Below, in pieces: positions 12,806-24,156 of a stretch of DNA of 64,000 bases. Source of the DNA: Xylographa opegraphella (taxonomy: Eukaryota). Every line of letters begins with the position of its first letter. Within the stretch, counting starts at the first letter, position 1. Both the position numbers and the translations under genes were made by a program. The notes beneath the pieces are model-generated. The model saw only the letters and a list, made by a program, of their open reading frames with translations. It did no database searches and was not told where the DNA came from. The stretch spans positions 186,001 to 250,000 of the forward strand of contig JALDZX010000009.1 in assembly GCA_022813865.1 (NCBI GenBank), read 5' to 3'.

Positions 12806-14251
12806 ATGACGGACTACCTCTACGACTTACTCGTGCCACACCTGGAAAAAACTTCTTCAACAGAGACACGCCCAAATGTCAACGACCCAGCAACCATCAA
12901 CTATCTTAGCCGCCTTACAACCCTTCAACTCGACTCTCTTCGAGGAGCAGAGCCTAAGTTGCTGGCTCAGGCTTCACACTCGACTTTACTTTCCCTGCAG
13001 TCGCTCTCTACGAGGTCCAGCAAATCCATCATTGCGTCAGCAGATCATCTTAGCCACCTGAAACGAGGGCTCTCGGATCTGGCGAGCGATACTGGTCTTG
13101 TACGCGATGACATGTTAGTACTAGATAAGGCAGCCGTTAACTTTTCTGAAAAATACAGCCGGAGCGGAGAGAATGAGGTTCTAGACCGGAGGAAAAAGGC
13201 GCTCTTGATGTATCGCAACGTTGACCGAATATCTGATATTCTGGACCTGCCGACACTTCTTTCTTCTGCAATCAATTCGTCAAATACTCTAGGTACTTCT
13301 GGTAACACCGGTTACGCCTCGGCCCTGGACCTACACGCTCACATCAAGAGGCTACATTTGCTGTACCAGGATTCGAAACTCTTAAAATCTATTTACAACC
13401 AAGCAGAAGAAGCTATGCGAGAGATGACAACAAATCTGATTATGAGCCTACGAGGGCAGGGCATTAAACTTGCAGCCGCCATGAGGACAATTGGTTGGTT
13501 GCGAAGAATCGCACCGGACCTCGCTGGATCTCCGTCTGATGAGGGAAGTCTAGGTGCTCTCTTTCTTGTTTGTCGTCTGGCCAATTTAGTATCAATGCTA
13601 GAAGCGCTAGATCCGTTGCGAGAACTTGCAGACCAAGAAACCATCAGACGACTTGCAAACAAGGACAACATTACTAATGGAAATGCGTGGTCGGGGGGCC
13701 AGCAGACTGAGCGATACCTTAAGCGTTATATCGAAATATTCAGAGAACAGAGCTTTGCAATTATTTCCATGTTCAAGAGTATTTTCCCTTCTGCAGAGGC
13801 GGTACGTAGTGATGATCCAGGGATCCATCTCAAGTCACTGGAACTCAAAACCATAACGCCAATTCAGGAACCAATCAAGGATGAGCCTCTCTTACCATTG
13901 CCGTCCGCTTTGGCTACTTTTCCTATGCACCTGATGGAACTTCTGACAGAAAAGTTAAAACAATACATGCCAAATGTGCAAGACAAGGCTTCTAGAGAAA
14001 GTCTGTTGACACAAGTTCTGTACTGCGCCGGAAGTCTAGGTCGGCTAGGTGCTGACTTTGGTATGACTCTAGCTTCTTTGGTGGATGATGATAGCAATTC
14101 TGAATATGCTGAGCCACCAGAGTGGGTAGCAGTAATGAAGAAGCACAGAATATTAGCTAGTCGCCTTGAGCTGCTTTCAGGTACCGTCAGCGGTCAAAGT
14201 AAAGTGGCTCCATCGAGCATTGGCGTAGCCTCAAAGCATCCGAATCCATAG
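12806..14251 (+). CDS. COG8: Conserved oligomeric Golgi complex subunit 8 (Dor1 family)
   Basis: 481-aa single-exon ORF with DILDLPTLL, YLKRYIEIFREQSFAIISMFKSIF and SLLTQVLYCAGSLGRLGADF, typical of Dor1/COG8. Confidence 0.9.
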   Translation: MTDYLYDLLVPHLEKTSSTETRPNVNDPATINYLSRLTTLQLDSLRGAEPKLLAQASHSTLLSLQSLSTRSSKSIIASADHLSHLKRGLSDLASDTGLVRDDMLVLDKAAVNFSEKYSRSGENEVLDRRKKALLMYRNVDRISDILDLPTLLSSAINSSNTLGTSGNTGYASALDLHAHIKRLHLLYQDSKLLKSIYNQAEEAMREMTTNLIMSLRGQGIKLAAAMRTIGWLRRIAPDLAGSPSDEGSLGALFLVCRLANLVSMLEALDPLRELADQETIRRLANKDNITNGNAWSGGQQTERYLKRYIEIFREQSFAIISMFKSIFPSAEAVRSDDPGIHLKSLELKTITPIQEPIKDEPLLPLPSALATFPMHLMELLTEKLKQYMPNVQDKASRESLLTQVLYCAGSLGRLGADFGMTLASLVDDDSNSEYAEPPEWVAVMKKHRILASRLELLSGTVSGQSKVAPSSIGVASKHPNP

Positions 14252-14367
14252 CAGGAGCTCTTACCATCCTGATATATTGACCATCTCACCTGTCTTTATG
14301 TTGATGGCCTATGATATTGAACTTGCTCTTCGCAATTTCAATCAGCGAACGCCATGAAGCGTGTCTT

Positions 14368-14976
14368 TCAATCGTCATCATGAATGACAACGCCGACCTC
14401 CGCCACAATCTTGTTGGCCGAAGCAGCAGCATCGTTACCAGGAGTTTCCACATCATTATTAGGTCGTTCGATTGGCTCCAATATTCTCGCAGTACCTTTC
14501 TTGGAGATCACTGCATTTGACCCTTCAATTTTATCCTTCGCCCTCCCATCTTTCTTCGCCTTTATCCTCTCCCTTCTTGCCTTGCTTTTACTCGTCTTTA
14601 CCTCATCCTTCCTGCGCCTCTCTTCCTTCTCCCTCTCGAATTTCTCGTTTTCGGTCTCCCGCTTCACCTCCTCATCCATCTGCCGTAAACGCTCATATTC
14701 TCTTCTCCGACTGGCTTTGTAGACATGGAACTCGCCTGAACCAGCACCGGCGCTGGAGCCTTGAACGTTCGCAACTATCTCCGGAGGCGGAGCAAGACCC
14801 TTGCTCCTTCCGGAAGGGTCGGATGTGGGTATCACGATATCACGATCTGGTTTGGCGAAAAGTGCTGACAGCTGCGTGGCTTGCTGGCTGGTTGGTGTAA
14901 GGGCAAGACGTTTCGTGGGGCGCTTTGACCGTGGATCCTGCGAGGTAGGAATAGACTCCGGAATAGGCTCAGACAT
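14368..14976 (-). CDS. PRKR-interacting protein 1-like splicing factor (DUF1168)
   Basis: PPPEIVANVQGSSAGAGSGEFHVYKASRRREYERL signature followed by a charged coiled coil. Confidence 0.92.
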   Translation of the reverse strand: MSEPIPESIPTSQDPRSKRPTKRLALTPTSQQATQLSALFAKPDRDIVIPTSDPSGRSKGLAPPPEIVANVQGSSAGAGSGEFHVYKASRRREYERLRQMDEEVKRETENEKFEREKEERRRKDEVKTSKSKARRERIKAKKDGRAKDKIEGSNAVISKKGTARILEPIERPNNDVETPGNDAAASANKIVAEVGVVIHDDD

Positions 14977-15308
14977 ATCTTAGAAGCCCGGTAACGATGT
15001 TTCGAATACAACAAACTACTGCAGAGTTGGGCGCGAGATGAAGGTTGTTGTTGTTGTTTAGAGATCTGGTGAGAATTGCGAAATGACATAAGGCTATACG
15101 CCAAGCCGCTAAATTGAAGTTAGAATGGCACCGGGCGGCGCCCGGGCGTACTGCGGTACGTAGATCTTCCCCGGATTTAAGATTTGACTGGATTGTTGTC
15201 ACCTGCTAATAACGATTTGCTTGAGTTCCTTGTTGTAGCAAACACCTCTCTCCATCATTACAAAAGCAAGACTTTCTCATACATCGTCTTCTTTAGCCAC
15301 GTCCGGAA

Positions 15309-16458
15309 ATGGCAGCCTCTGTCAGTGCAGGTCTTCCATTAGACCCCGCAAGAAACGGGAAATATCCTATTATCGTTAGTCAACGCCTGCTCGACGATGA
15401 CTTTAGTCCGGATTCTGGCCTCGCAAGTGTTCACTGTAAGTGTTTTTTCCATACAATATGCGAGTTAACGATGGTGCTAACCCTTAGGAGTAAACCACCA
15501 GCCCGACATTTCCAGCTCAATCAGAAAAACCTTCATTACTCCCTCTGACTCTGGCTTTGATAACTGTGACCTGACCTTCACGGGTGAATCTGAACACGAA
15601 AAATACAGATACTCTGGAAGCCAACAGCCTTCTACGGCATGTGCCCTCATCTTCAATCCGGAAACCCAGACCTTCACCCTCGACAGGATTGATGCAGACT
15701 TCGCTTTTAACCTCCGCTCTACTCCCACGAATAAAAGTGCAAAGTCGCTCGCAGCTCAGTACACCCAACTGGAGACTAATACTCCAGATCCTGTATCCGA
15801 GGAGGAAGACCTCGTTACAGAAGCTGAACAAGCAGATCCTGACAACCCCTACGATTACAGACACTACCTCAAGCGCCCGCCGAGCTCCTCGCCTGAACCG
15901 ATCGAGCTAGAAAGTAGAAATGCTTCTCCACGTCCTTCGCTAGAACCATCACCTGTACCTGAAGTTCGCCAAAAACCAAAGCCGAAACCCAAACCACGTC
16001 AGCATCGTACCCAGCCACCAAGAGCTTCGACTCCTCCACGGGAAGAGGCTGATGCAGATAACGAAGAATCAGAAGACGATGGCGGTCTTACTGTGATAAT
16101 GGACCCTTCAAACAAGCCCCGCCACAGATTCAATGCGAATTTCAACCGCAATGAGCCCCCAAGGTCGCTTCGCTCGGCAGCCAGTTCTGTCAGTCCGGTG
16201 GCTAGACCAGAGCCTAGCAGTTCAGAAGAAAGTGACGAGGACGAAGTCGTGCTACGTTCGCCTGTACAACGGGAGGAATCCCCGATGGAGGGAGTGCAAT
16301 TGCAGGAAGAGGAATATGATGATGAGGATGATGACGGAGGCTTAGAGGCAGAGCTAGAGAGGGAGCTAGAGAAAGGGGCTGGTGGTGATGAGGAAGGCGG
16401 AGGGGTTTCCGTGACGAGATATATAGCGGAAAGCTCCAGCGAAAGCGAGGAAGAGTGA
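15309..16458 (+). CDS. ELL-associated factor (EAF) domain transcription elongation factor, one intron 15436-15490
   Basis: Spliced frame gives YSGSQQPSTACALIFNPETQTFTLDRIDADFAF (EAF-like) and an acidic C-terminus ending ESSSESEEE. Confidence 0.75.
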
Positions 16459-16783
16459 CCTCCTCGCTATGAGATGTACGATGTGAGAAGTAAGGGATGA
16501 TTCCCAAGGCTGGCGTTGATCGGCGATCATAAAAGGAATTATAGACATTGCGGATATTAGTGTAGGGCATCGGTGCAATGCCACCTTTGGGGCAAAAACC
16601 CTGGGAATGGTGGCCTTGGCACGTAGAACTCTTGAAGACTTTACGGAAGCTTTCCTCTTTGCAAAGCCGTAGAAATGCCGTGTTCCGACTTATTATCGAA
16701 CTATTTCAGAATCTGAATCGTGCTTCATGTGTCTGAATCACTGATGATATCTATATTAAATCAAATAGCAGCAGGACAAAATA

Positions 16784-16855
16784 GCTCTCTTAGATCAGCG
16801 GTAGATCGTGGGATTGCAGATCCTAAGGTCACTCGTTCGAACCGGGTAGGGAGCT
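16784..16855 (+). tRNA. tRNA-Cys(GCA), intronless
   Basis: Acceptor GCTCTCT/AGGGAGC, D-arm GATC/GATC, anticodon arm TGGGA-TTGCAGA-TCCTA, T-arm ACTCG-TTCGAAC-CGGGT, U73 discriminator, downstream T6 Pol III terminator. Confidence 0.97.
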
Positions 16856-17700
16856 ACTACGTTTTTTGGTTTTGCCTATTCACCTTTTTTGTACTATTCT
16901 TTTGTCAACTTGAGTACGGTGTATTCCAAAAGCGACAAAAGAACAGCCAACAATGGTGTGATCCGGGGAAGATAAGAATCACTACGCAACGGTGTGTTCC
17001 AGTGATCACTCGCCCCCGACACTGCGTATCCTCCATGCGCACGCCAGAGTCGGAACAGCTTTCGAGCACATCTACGTACTGCATTCCAGAGACTGTGAAA
17101 TCCCGAAACCGGTCGGATTTCTACGGGACTTATAAATCTCCCGATGCTTTTTGCAAATGCGAATCACGGCCTTGACGGTGTACGGGGCCATATCCATCCA
17201 TCATGGGGTGGCCTAGCACTATTATCAAGCTTGCTTTTCCTTAACAGTATGCTTGGAAGCATCTCATGCTCGGTCTCGTGAACTATCTCCATAGCAACTG
17301 TCTTTAGTGATTCTCTACGCGACAGCCTGTTCTGTTGTTCTGGAAAATGCCGAGCCGGCTTACTCTAAGACGGTATCTATCCTCTACGGAGATTTAAATG
17401 CCAGTCCTTCAGGTGTGCAGTTAGGTGGAAGCAATGCCACATTGTTGCGCGTTGGGTTGAAGCCTCCGCAAGAACTTGTGGTCGGGTTGTTTGCACCAAG
17501 GCAGTGCCCATGATGACAGGGCAGGGGAGAATCCATCAGCTTCAGGATGAGAGGCGTCCCCAATCTGGCCGAGTGGACGATGGAACTGTTGTTCTACACT
17601 ACGAATATGGAAAGCCTCAGCTGGCTCAAGACAGGCATCTGTCTGAATTGAAATATATATTGACGTGTAGCCTAGGTACATCGCAGGCTTACTGCTATTA

Positions 17701-20656
17701 TTAGCTCATGATGTTTTTCATGTAGAAGCGATAGTAGAAGATCTGCACAACTACGTTAGAGAACATCAAGAAGTGTAAAGTGATGGCAGAAGCCATTACC
17801 TTTGCAAGCTGGAGCACCACTATAACCTCATCGATGCTGTCCTCTGCACGTGCATGCCCCTGATCTACAATCCTATAGAATCCCGGTTCATCCCATACAT
17901 TTCTTGGTAGGGTGCGAGTTAAAGCGTATAGAATATCAAAGAGATCTTTACGGTTCAAGAAGAGTTTTCTGAGACTTTCGTATATTGCGCCGTAATCCTC
18001 TGCTTTATGAAACCCCGCAGCAAAATTGCTGTCATTGCAAAGGTCGAGTAAAGGCCGATAATCAGAACTAGAAATGGAGTGCATAGTCTTTACTGATGTC
18101 TTGAGATCATTAGCCAATTGACGTGGTAGCACACCAAGCGATACATTACCAAGAAGTACAGGTACACCACAACATGCGTGCGCTTCCATCTGTTATATGA
18201 AACGATAGCAAACAAGTCTGGACTCCGTGCCATCTGCGACTGCAATGGCGACAAGTCATCTATTGGCCAATCGTCTTTGAAACAATTCTTAGATAACTCT
18301 AGGAAGGACAGTTTCTGTCGTCCTTTGCTTTCAGCTATCACTTTGTGGGGATTCAGGCCATTGTATTCGAGTGCAAAGCACCATTCGTACCAACAGGAAT
18401 TTTTGACTGCATGTTGTGACGGTGTCAAACCCATCAGGTCGCGTTGGTAAATATCGCAGCCTCCAGAGATGAGACGGCGTAACTTTGAGCCTATTATAAA
18501 GCGAAACCTCTCGCAAGTGTTTCCTGTACTTAACATGGCACAAACCAAAGAGTTGAATCCTTGGGGGTTTGTGGCCTTAGTATCCGCCCCAGACTTCAAA
18601 AGCCATTGAATCGCTTTGACACTATAAAACCCAGGAATTCCGGCATGAGTGAGGAGTGTCGTTTCCCCGGCGAAGTTGCGGGTCTCAAGATTGTATTGTT
18701 CCTTCCTCAACATTGTGATCCATTGTTGGAATAGAGAAACGCTCTCCGGAAAGAAAAACATGCTTTGGTCCATCAAAGTATATTGCACTGGTCCTTCAGA
18801 CAGTGGCATTGAGTAATTGACGTCGCAGCCGCTTTCAATGAGCCAACGGAACATGTCATCTCGCCGTTTATTGCTTCGAGAAGGATTATATGCTTGATTG
18901 CGCCACAACTCACACAGTCCTCTCAACGCATGGCTTCCTGCGCTATCAAGTTCTATTAGTAGAAAGATATGCTCTTTAGGGAAGACAGCTTACTCTATGA
19001 CGGCCGGCCCGAAGCCCTGATCCGAAAGATATTTTAGCACGTCGAGTCTTCCCGCTCGTGCTGCAGGCTACAACAATGATAAGCACGTCTGATATTCCCA
19101 GTGATGATGAGACACCCTTTACATAGTGTATGGACCGACCAACGAAGTCCAGAACGTAAGGAGATGTCCTCCCATGCCGGAAAGCGTTGTCTATCTCACA
19201 GATAGTTCCCATCTCGAATAGCCTGTACATATCCCGACATTCTCGATAGGGAAGGACTGTATATACGTGTAATTGTCTTTGGATCTGCGGCGGCCGAGTT
19301 TGGAAATGGTGCTTCTGGAAGCTCGCACTTACTGTACTCGCCGGCATGTCCAAGAACGGCATGAAGGTGAAACCAAGTTCCTCAACTCTACCAATAGTTT
19401 GGTCTGAGGAGGTCATGGTTCTCCGAATATCTAGACGGCCGCTTGTGGATTCAAAACGCCAGATTCGAACCAATGTTTCCTTGTGGCCTGGTCCACCGTG
19501 ATGCTTGGCAATACGCTTTGAAGCCGCTTTCGTAAAGAAACATCCTCCATAGAAGCTTGAGGTGTGGTATACGGTGTTAGTTTGAGTAGCAGTAGGCACA
19601 ATTCTATCGTAGGTAGTCATATCGTCGTTTCCTTGCATGACCGTGGTGAAGAGACGACTGAACTCGGAGCCCAGCCAGCCCAACCGTGTTTTAGAGATTC
19701 CGTGACGCTTTACGGCTGAGAGAGACTCCATCGCAGACTTTATTTGCGGTCGTAAGAGGAGCAGAGAGAGTAAAATCTCCTCGCGGTTTTCACCCAATGA
19801 CCGGGCATGGGAGATTGGGTTAGGTGCGGCATCCAAACGCCCGAGCATAATGCTGAGATGTTTGACGTCAACATGAATGGCATCTAGTTTCCTAGATTGT
19901 AAACTAATACGGGTTGGGAGTTTGCGTCGAGGTCTAGTTGGTGCTCGAAGAATTTGACGGTTTGATTGGAAACCAGTATCTGCGGCATTCCTACTGAGTA
20001 TGTTTGGGGCTTCCAACTCAAGGGTAGTTTGATTGCTCAAGAATAGTATTCGTAGATCTTTGATTTCCTGCTCATATTGTTTGGATCTGCCTGCGATACT
20101 AGATAGTATCTGGTTGGAAGATTGCAAAATGCTTTGCGTCAGCTCTTGCTGATGGCAAAGCTGCATACACCTGCATAATTACATCAGCACCAAAGTAAAT
20201 CAAAGCTCCATCTTGGTGATCATACTTTCCATCTACGGCCAGAGCAGCCACGAGGAAGAGTTTGTGGCGCTCAAGAGAACGCGTCAGCTTCACGATCCGC
20301 TTGTCGGCGAAAGCCCATTTGATCTTAGCCCAAGTACTTGCGACTTTCTTCGAAGAGTCATGCTTATTCGCAGCAATAACTAGGATGTCGAGGTCTTGAT
20401 GGACAATGCGGAGTGAAGAAAGACAACAATTTATCAACGAGCTCGAACATGACTGCGAGCGAACCAGAGAAAAATCATTACAGTGGTTCTTCAGCTCAGA
20501 AAGTAGCAAAGTCACTCCGTTGAGCTCGTGTTGCAGATCCCGAATTTCTTGGGGCGCATCTTGAATAGCAGTTATAAAGTCATATATCTTTGAACCAGCC
20601 CTCAGAACAATGTCTGCCAGACCCAAGAAAGCCAAAACATTGCTGGCACCATCCAT
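17701..20656 (-). CDS. HeLo-like/SesA-type fungal N-terminal domain plus ankyrin-repeat protein; the 3' end may be 18090 or extend to ~17.7/17.4 kb
   Basis: N-terminus MDGASNVLAFLGLADIVLRAG...DAPQEIRDL...WAKIKWAF...LERHKLFL. Three GT-AG introns join in frame to ankyrin-like repeats (AARAGRLDVLKYL, GETTLLTHA...LLKSGAD, GLTPSQHA). Confidence 0.7.
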
Positions 20657-21409
20657 GATAGGTTAATCATGTATAAAATACTAAGAAGAATGGAAAGGTG
20701 CTCGTCCAAATGTAAGGTGGTACACTCTCACAAGGCTACAGACCACAAGGCTACCTTACCATCATGCGTTTTCACCATTAAGGCAAAACTCTAAGACACA
20801 GACTGCCCAATCACCGACAATCAACCTCCAGATTGGGCACCAACGCACCAGGCTGCTGAGGCACAGCCTGTGAAACCATCGACGGTCCCATTGGCCATGC
20901 TTGACACAACTGGGAGAGTAAACGATCGACCCATATCGGGTATCGACCAGTAGACCGTCGCGTAGAGGCAAACAAAGTGCCAGCCTGAGATAGTTCACTG
21001 GATAACAAGGGATAATAAGACTCTTACCGCTCCATCGAGTCGTCGAAAGTATATGGTACCTACGTTGTGGTTTTCACTTTGTATGTGGAGTTGTTGCCCC
21101 TTTGGGACAGTGGTTTCTAATTGGTGAGCTCTTTTGTGGACTAACCTGAAAGAGTTTAGCGACACACAGTTCCGCAATCGAGACAACAGACGAGTGAGTG
21201 ACTGAGTAGGTAATGTAGGACCTAGACTACCTCATGAACGACGAAGCCTACTAAGGTAAGCAATTAGAGGCCTATGATCCGCGCATGGGTGTGACCATAC
21301 TAGACTATCCTATGGAGTACCTTAGATATGCTATTGGAACCGAAGAATCTTTGACCAACCACAAAAAGCACTTGTCCATGATCACGGCATCTGAACTCCA
21401 GAGTTCAAG

Positions 21410-22959
21410 ATGTCTCAAGACCAAACATCAAGCCTACTGGCATCTCTGCTTCTGGCCCAAGCAGGCCTGCAAGTCACCGAACCACATATCGCACCCTTGA
21501 GTCAACAGCCTCGTTTTCCGATCCAGAAACCTTCCCAGGAGTACCTGTCGCCATATGCCGTATCTAATGTTCAAGCCGCCAGCTCGCTCTTGGCTTCGTC
21601 CCAGCAGCCTGACTTTTCAAGAGATATGTCTAACCCCGCGTTTGCTGAGAGAGTAAACGAGACCATTGCCCGTGCCAAAGCCAACGGGGGCAGAGAAGTT
21701 ATGCGTGGATCGCTCGAATGGGAAGCGGCGAGAGAAGCTGTATTAGCGGACATGCGATTACCCGCTACCACAGATTCTTTTGGCTCCGCCAATAACAATA
21801 GCGACGATTTGCATATGGAGGCTAGGACAGGCGGCAGGAGAGGTAGAGGGCCACGGAGGAGAGGCAGTCCGATGGCTGTGGGCACTGTCAAGGTGGGAGC
21901 TATTACTGGGGGATCTGATGAGACACCTCAGATTAACAGAGGTAGAGGCAAAAGTAAAGGAGGTCGTGGCGGAAAGCTACGGAGTAACCGCAGAGCCAGA
22001 GGTGGTAAAGGAAGCATGAGAAGCGGCAAGAGGAAGAGAAGCGGAGACGAGGATGAGGGAGGTCATGGTAACGACAACACAGATTCTAGTGAAACTTTTA
22101 CTCCATTGCCTACACAGTCCAGGTCTGGCCGCAAGATCTTCCAGGCCAATTCAGGCACATCGACCATCAAGTTTGACAACGGCCTCGTCGTTAACGCTCC
22201 ACTTTCTTCGCACCCTCAAACAGGTCTGAGCGGATCAGCCAAGAAGAGGAAAGGCAACCATCGACGACCGCCTGGAGCAAATGCTCTTTGCAAGAACTGT
22301 AGTAGAGGTCACAGCCCATCGAGTAATGTTATCGTGTTCTGTGACGGATGTAACACGCCCTGGCATCAGTACTGTCATGACCCACCGATCAAGGGAGAGA
22401 TAGTTCAGATCGAAGAGAAAGAGTGGTTCTGTGCCGATTGTGCGGGCTCACGGGAAGAGCAGTATCGGTTGGATGGAACCGTATCTGGTAATGGGATGAG
22501 TTTCGCTGAGGTGCGTGTGTACATACAGTGCCTAAAATGCAATACTGATTATCATATCAGAAGCGCCAATATTTCCAGTCCCTCTCGCAGGAACATCTTG
22601 TCTCTCTACTTCTGCACGCCTGTTCTCTGTATCCCTCGCTTCCCGTCTTTCCACCCAAGGCAGCCCAAAGCAATATCTCCACCATCTCGCCAAACCAGAT
22701 AGCATCACAGCGGTCGGCCATCGATAGCTCTGTAAAAGCCTTAATAGAGGCCGAGGAGGACTACGAGGAAGATGATGTCCTACCATATCCCAAACCCGGC
22801 AACGGAATCACTCTTCGGCCCGAAAGCGAGGATCTGGCCTTCCTACTCGATGACGATACCGTAACATTCAGCCATTCATGGCTCGAAGGCCCCGACATGA
22901 CACCGGTAGGGAATGGCTTGATGGAGATGGGAGGAGGCGCTTTGAGTGTTGGGGCTTAA
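21410..22959 (+). CDS. PHD-finger chromatin protein (Phf1/Phf2-like), one intron 22511-22560
   Basis: CKNCSRGHSPSSNVIVFCDGCNTPWHQYCHDPPI...WFCADC (C4HC3), RG-rich basic region, in-frame last exon KRQYFQSLSQEHLVSLLLHA. Confidence 0.88.
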
Positions 22960-24156
22960 TTACGATGACTGTGGTTCGATTTGGACGCACGTTCTTCTAG
23001 CATGTAGGACTAAAGTTCGACCACTTAGCATGGAGTTGGGGTTCATAGGGATTGGGCTTATTGCTTACGTCGACTTATAGCTTTGCGTTCCTGACATAAC
23101 AAGGGGCTTGCTATATCGGAGAACAAATATATCTGTCGATTGAAATATCCAATAGGCTCGGTCTCTTATGAACTCTACATAAACAAAGATATCCAAGCAA
23201 GAGTATTACCAAAGTCTCCAATTTAGTCTGTTGGAATATCGCATACAACCGATAGCCGACGTCTGAACTGTGTGTTGAATGGTTTCGAGATGGGCTACTT
23301 TGCTGTTTGGTCAGTTGAAGTGCCAATACCTCCGCAGCACTTCACTAGAGTCACCAACAGGTTATACTTCCGGGCAATAATGGGGGAGAGCGTGCACCTG
23401 ATGGTAGGAAGCTCTACAGCGCCCGTGACCGCTCCGAGACCACAATTGGGATATCGTGTCGGTTGAGGTTAGCTCGCAAGAGCCACTGATATCGGCAGCA
23501 TCAAATTAAAAACAGAACTTTTATTGCTTTTTGCCTGTATACAATCTGGAAGTAAGCACAACATGCAAGTACAAGAAGTAAAGTCATTGTCACGCTGTGC
23601 CGTTGTCCTCCACGTATCAGCCTCAGGACTTTCATGAAAAGGCTTCTGCTGATTGAGGTGAATAGGATCGAACATAAATGACAGAGGGGAGAGTGCACAT
23701 CAGGAATTTTAAGAATCATGCAGGTGTAAGATCAAAATAAACAGAGCACGGGGACCGCTGTGCAATTGCAAAGCGAGCCAAAGAAATGAAGAAGTGACGT
23801 CACTGTCGGACAGTGGAAGAGAACAACATTACTTGTATTATGTATCCAGTGCTCTCCTCCCTACACGGTTAAACCGGTTGAAATCTATGGAAATTCTTTG
23901 CCGATCCTTCGAAATTACGACCGAGAGTCTTGACAGAGCCTGTACGGAGGACCGCTAACAGCGTAAATGTACCGTTTTCAAGGTGAGGATCACAGTCGTA
24001 CCACAGTCTAGGTAAAAAAAGAGTAGAGAGATAAAGATACCGATTAGAACACGACCGGGACCGGCAATGTATGCTGTAAACTGTTGCCAAATGGAAATAA
24101 GCGTGTTCGTTGTAACCAATTGAAACATCTTGTCGACGTTTCCGCACTTGTACAAC

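Noticed and set aside
16720..17175. 151-aa ORF overlapping the tRNA
   Set aside because: Non-ATG start, no recognisable protein features, and the region is explained by tRNA-Cys and its T-rich terminator.
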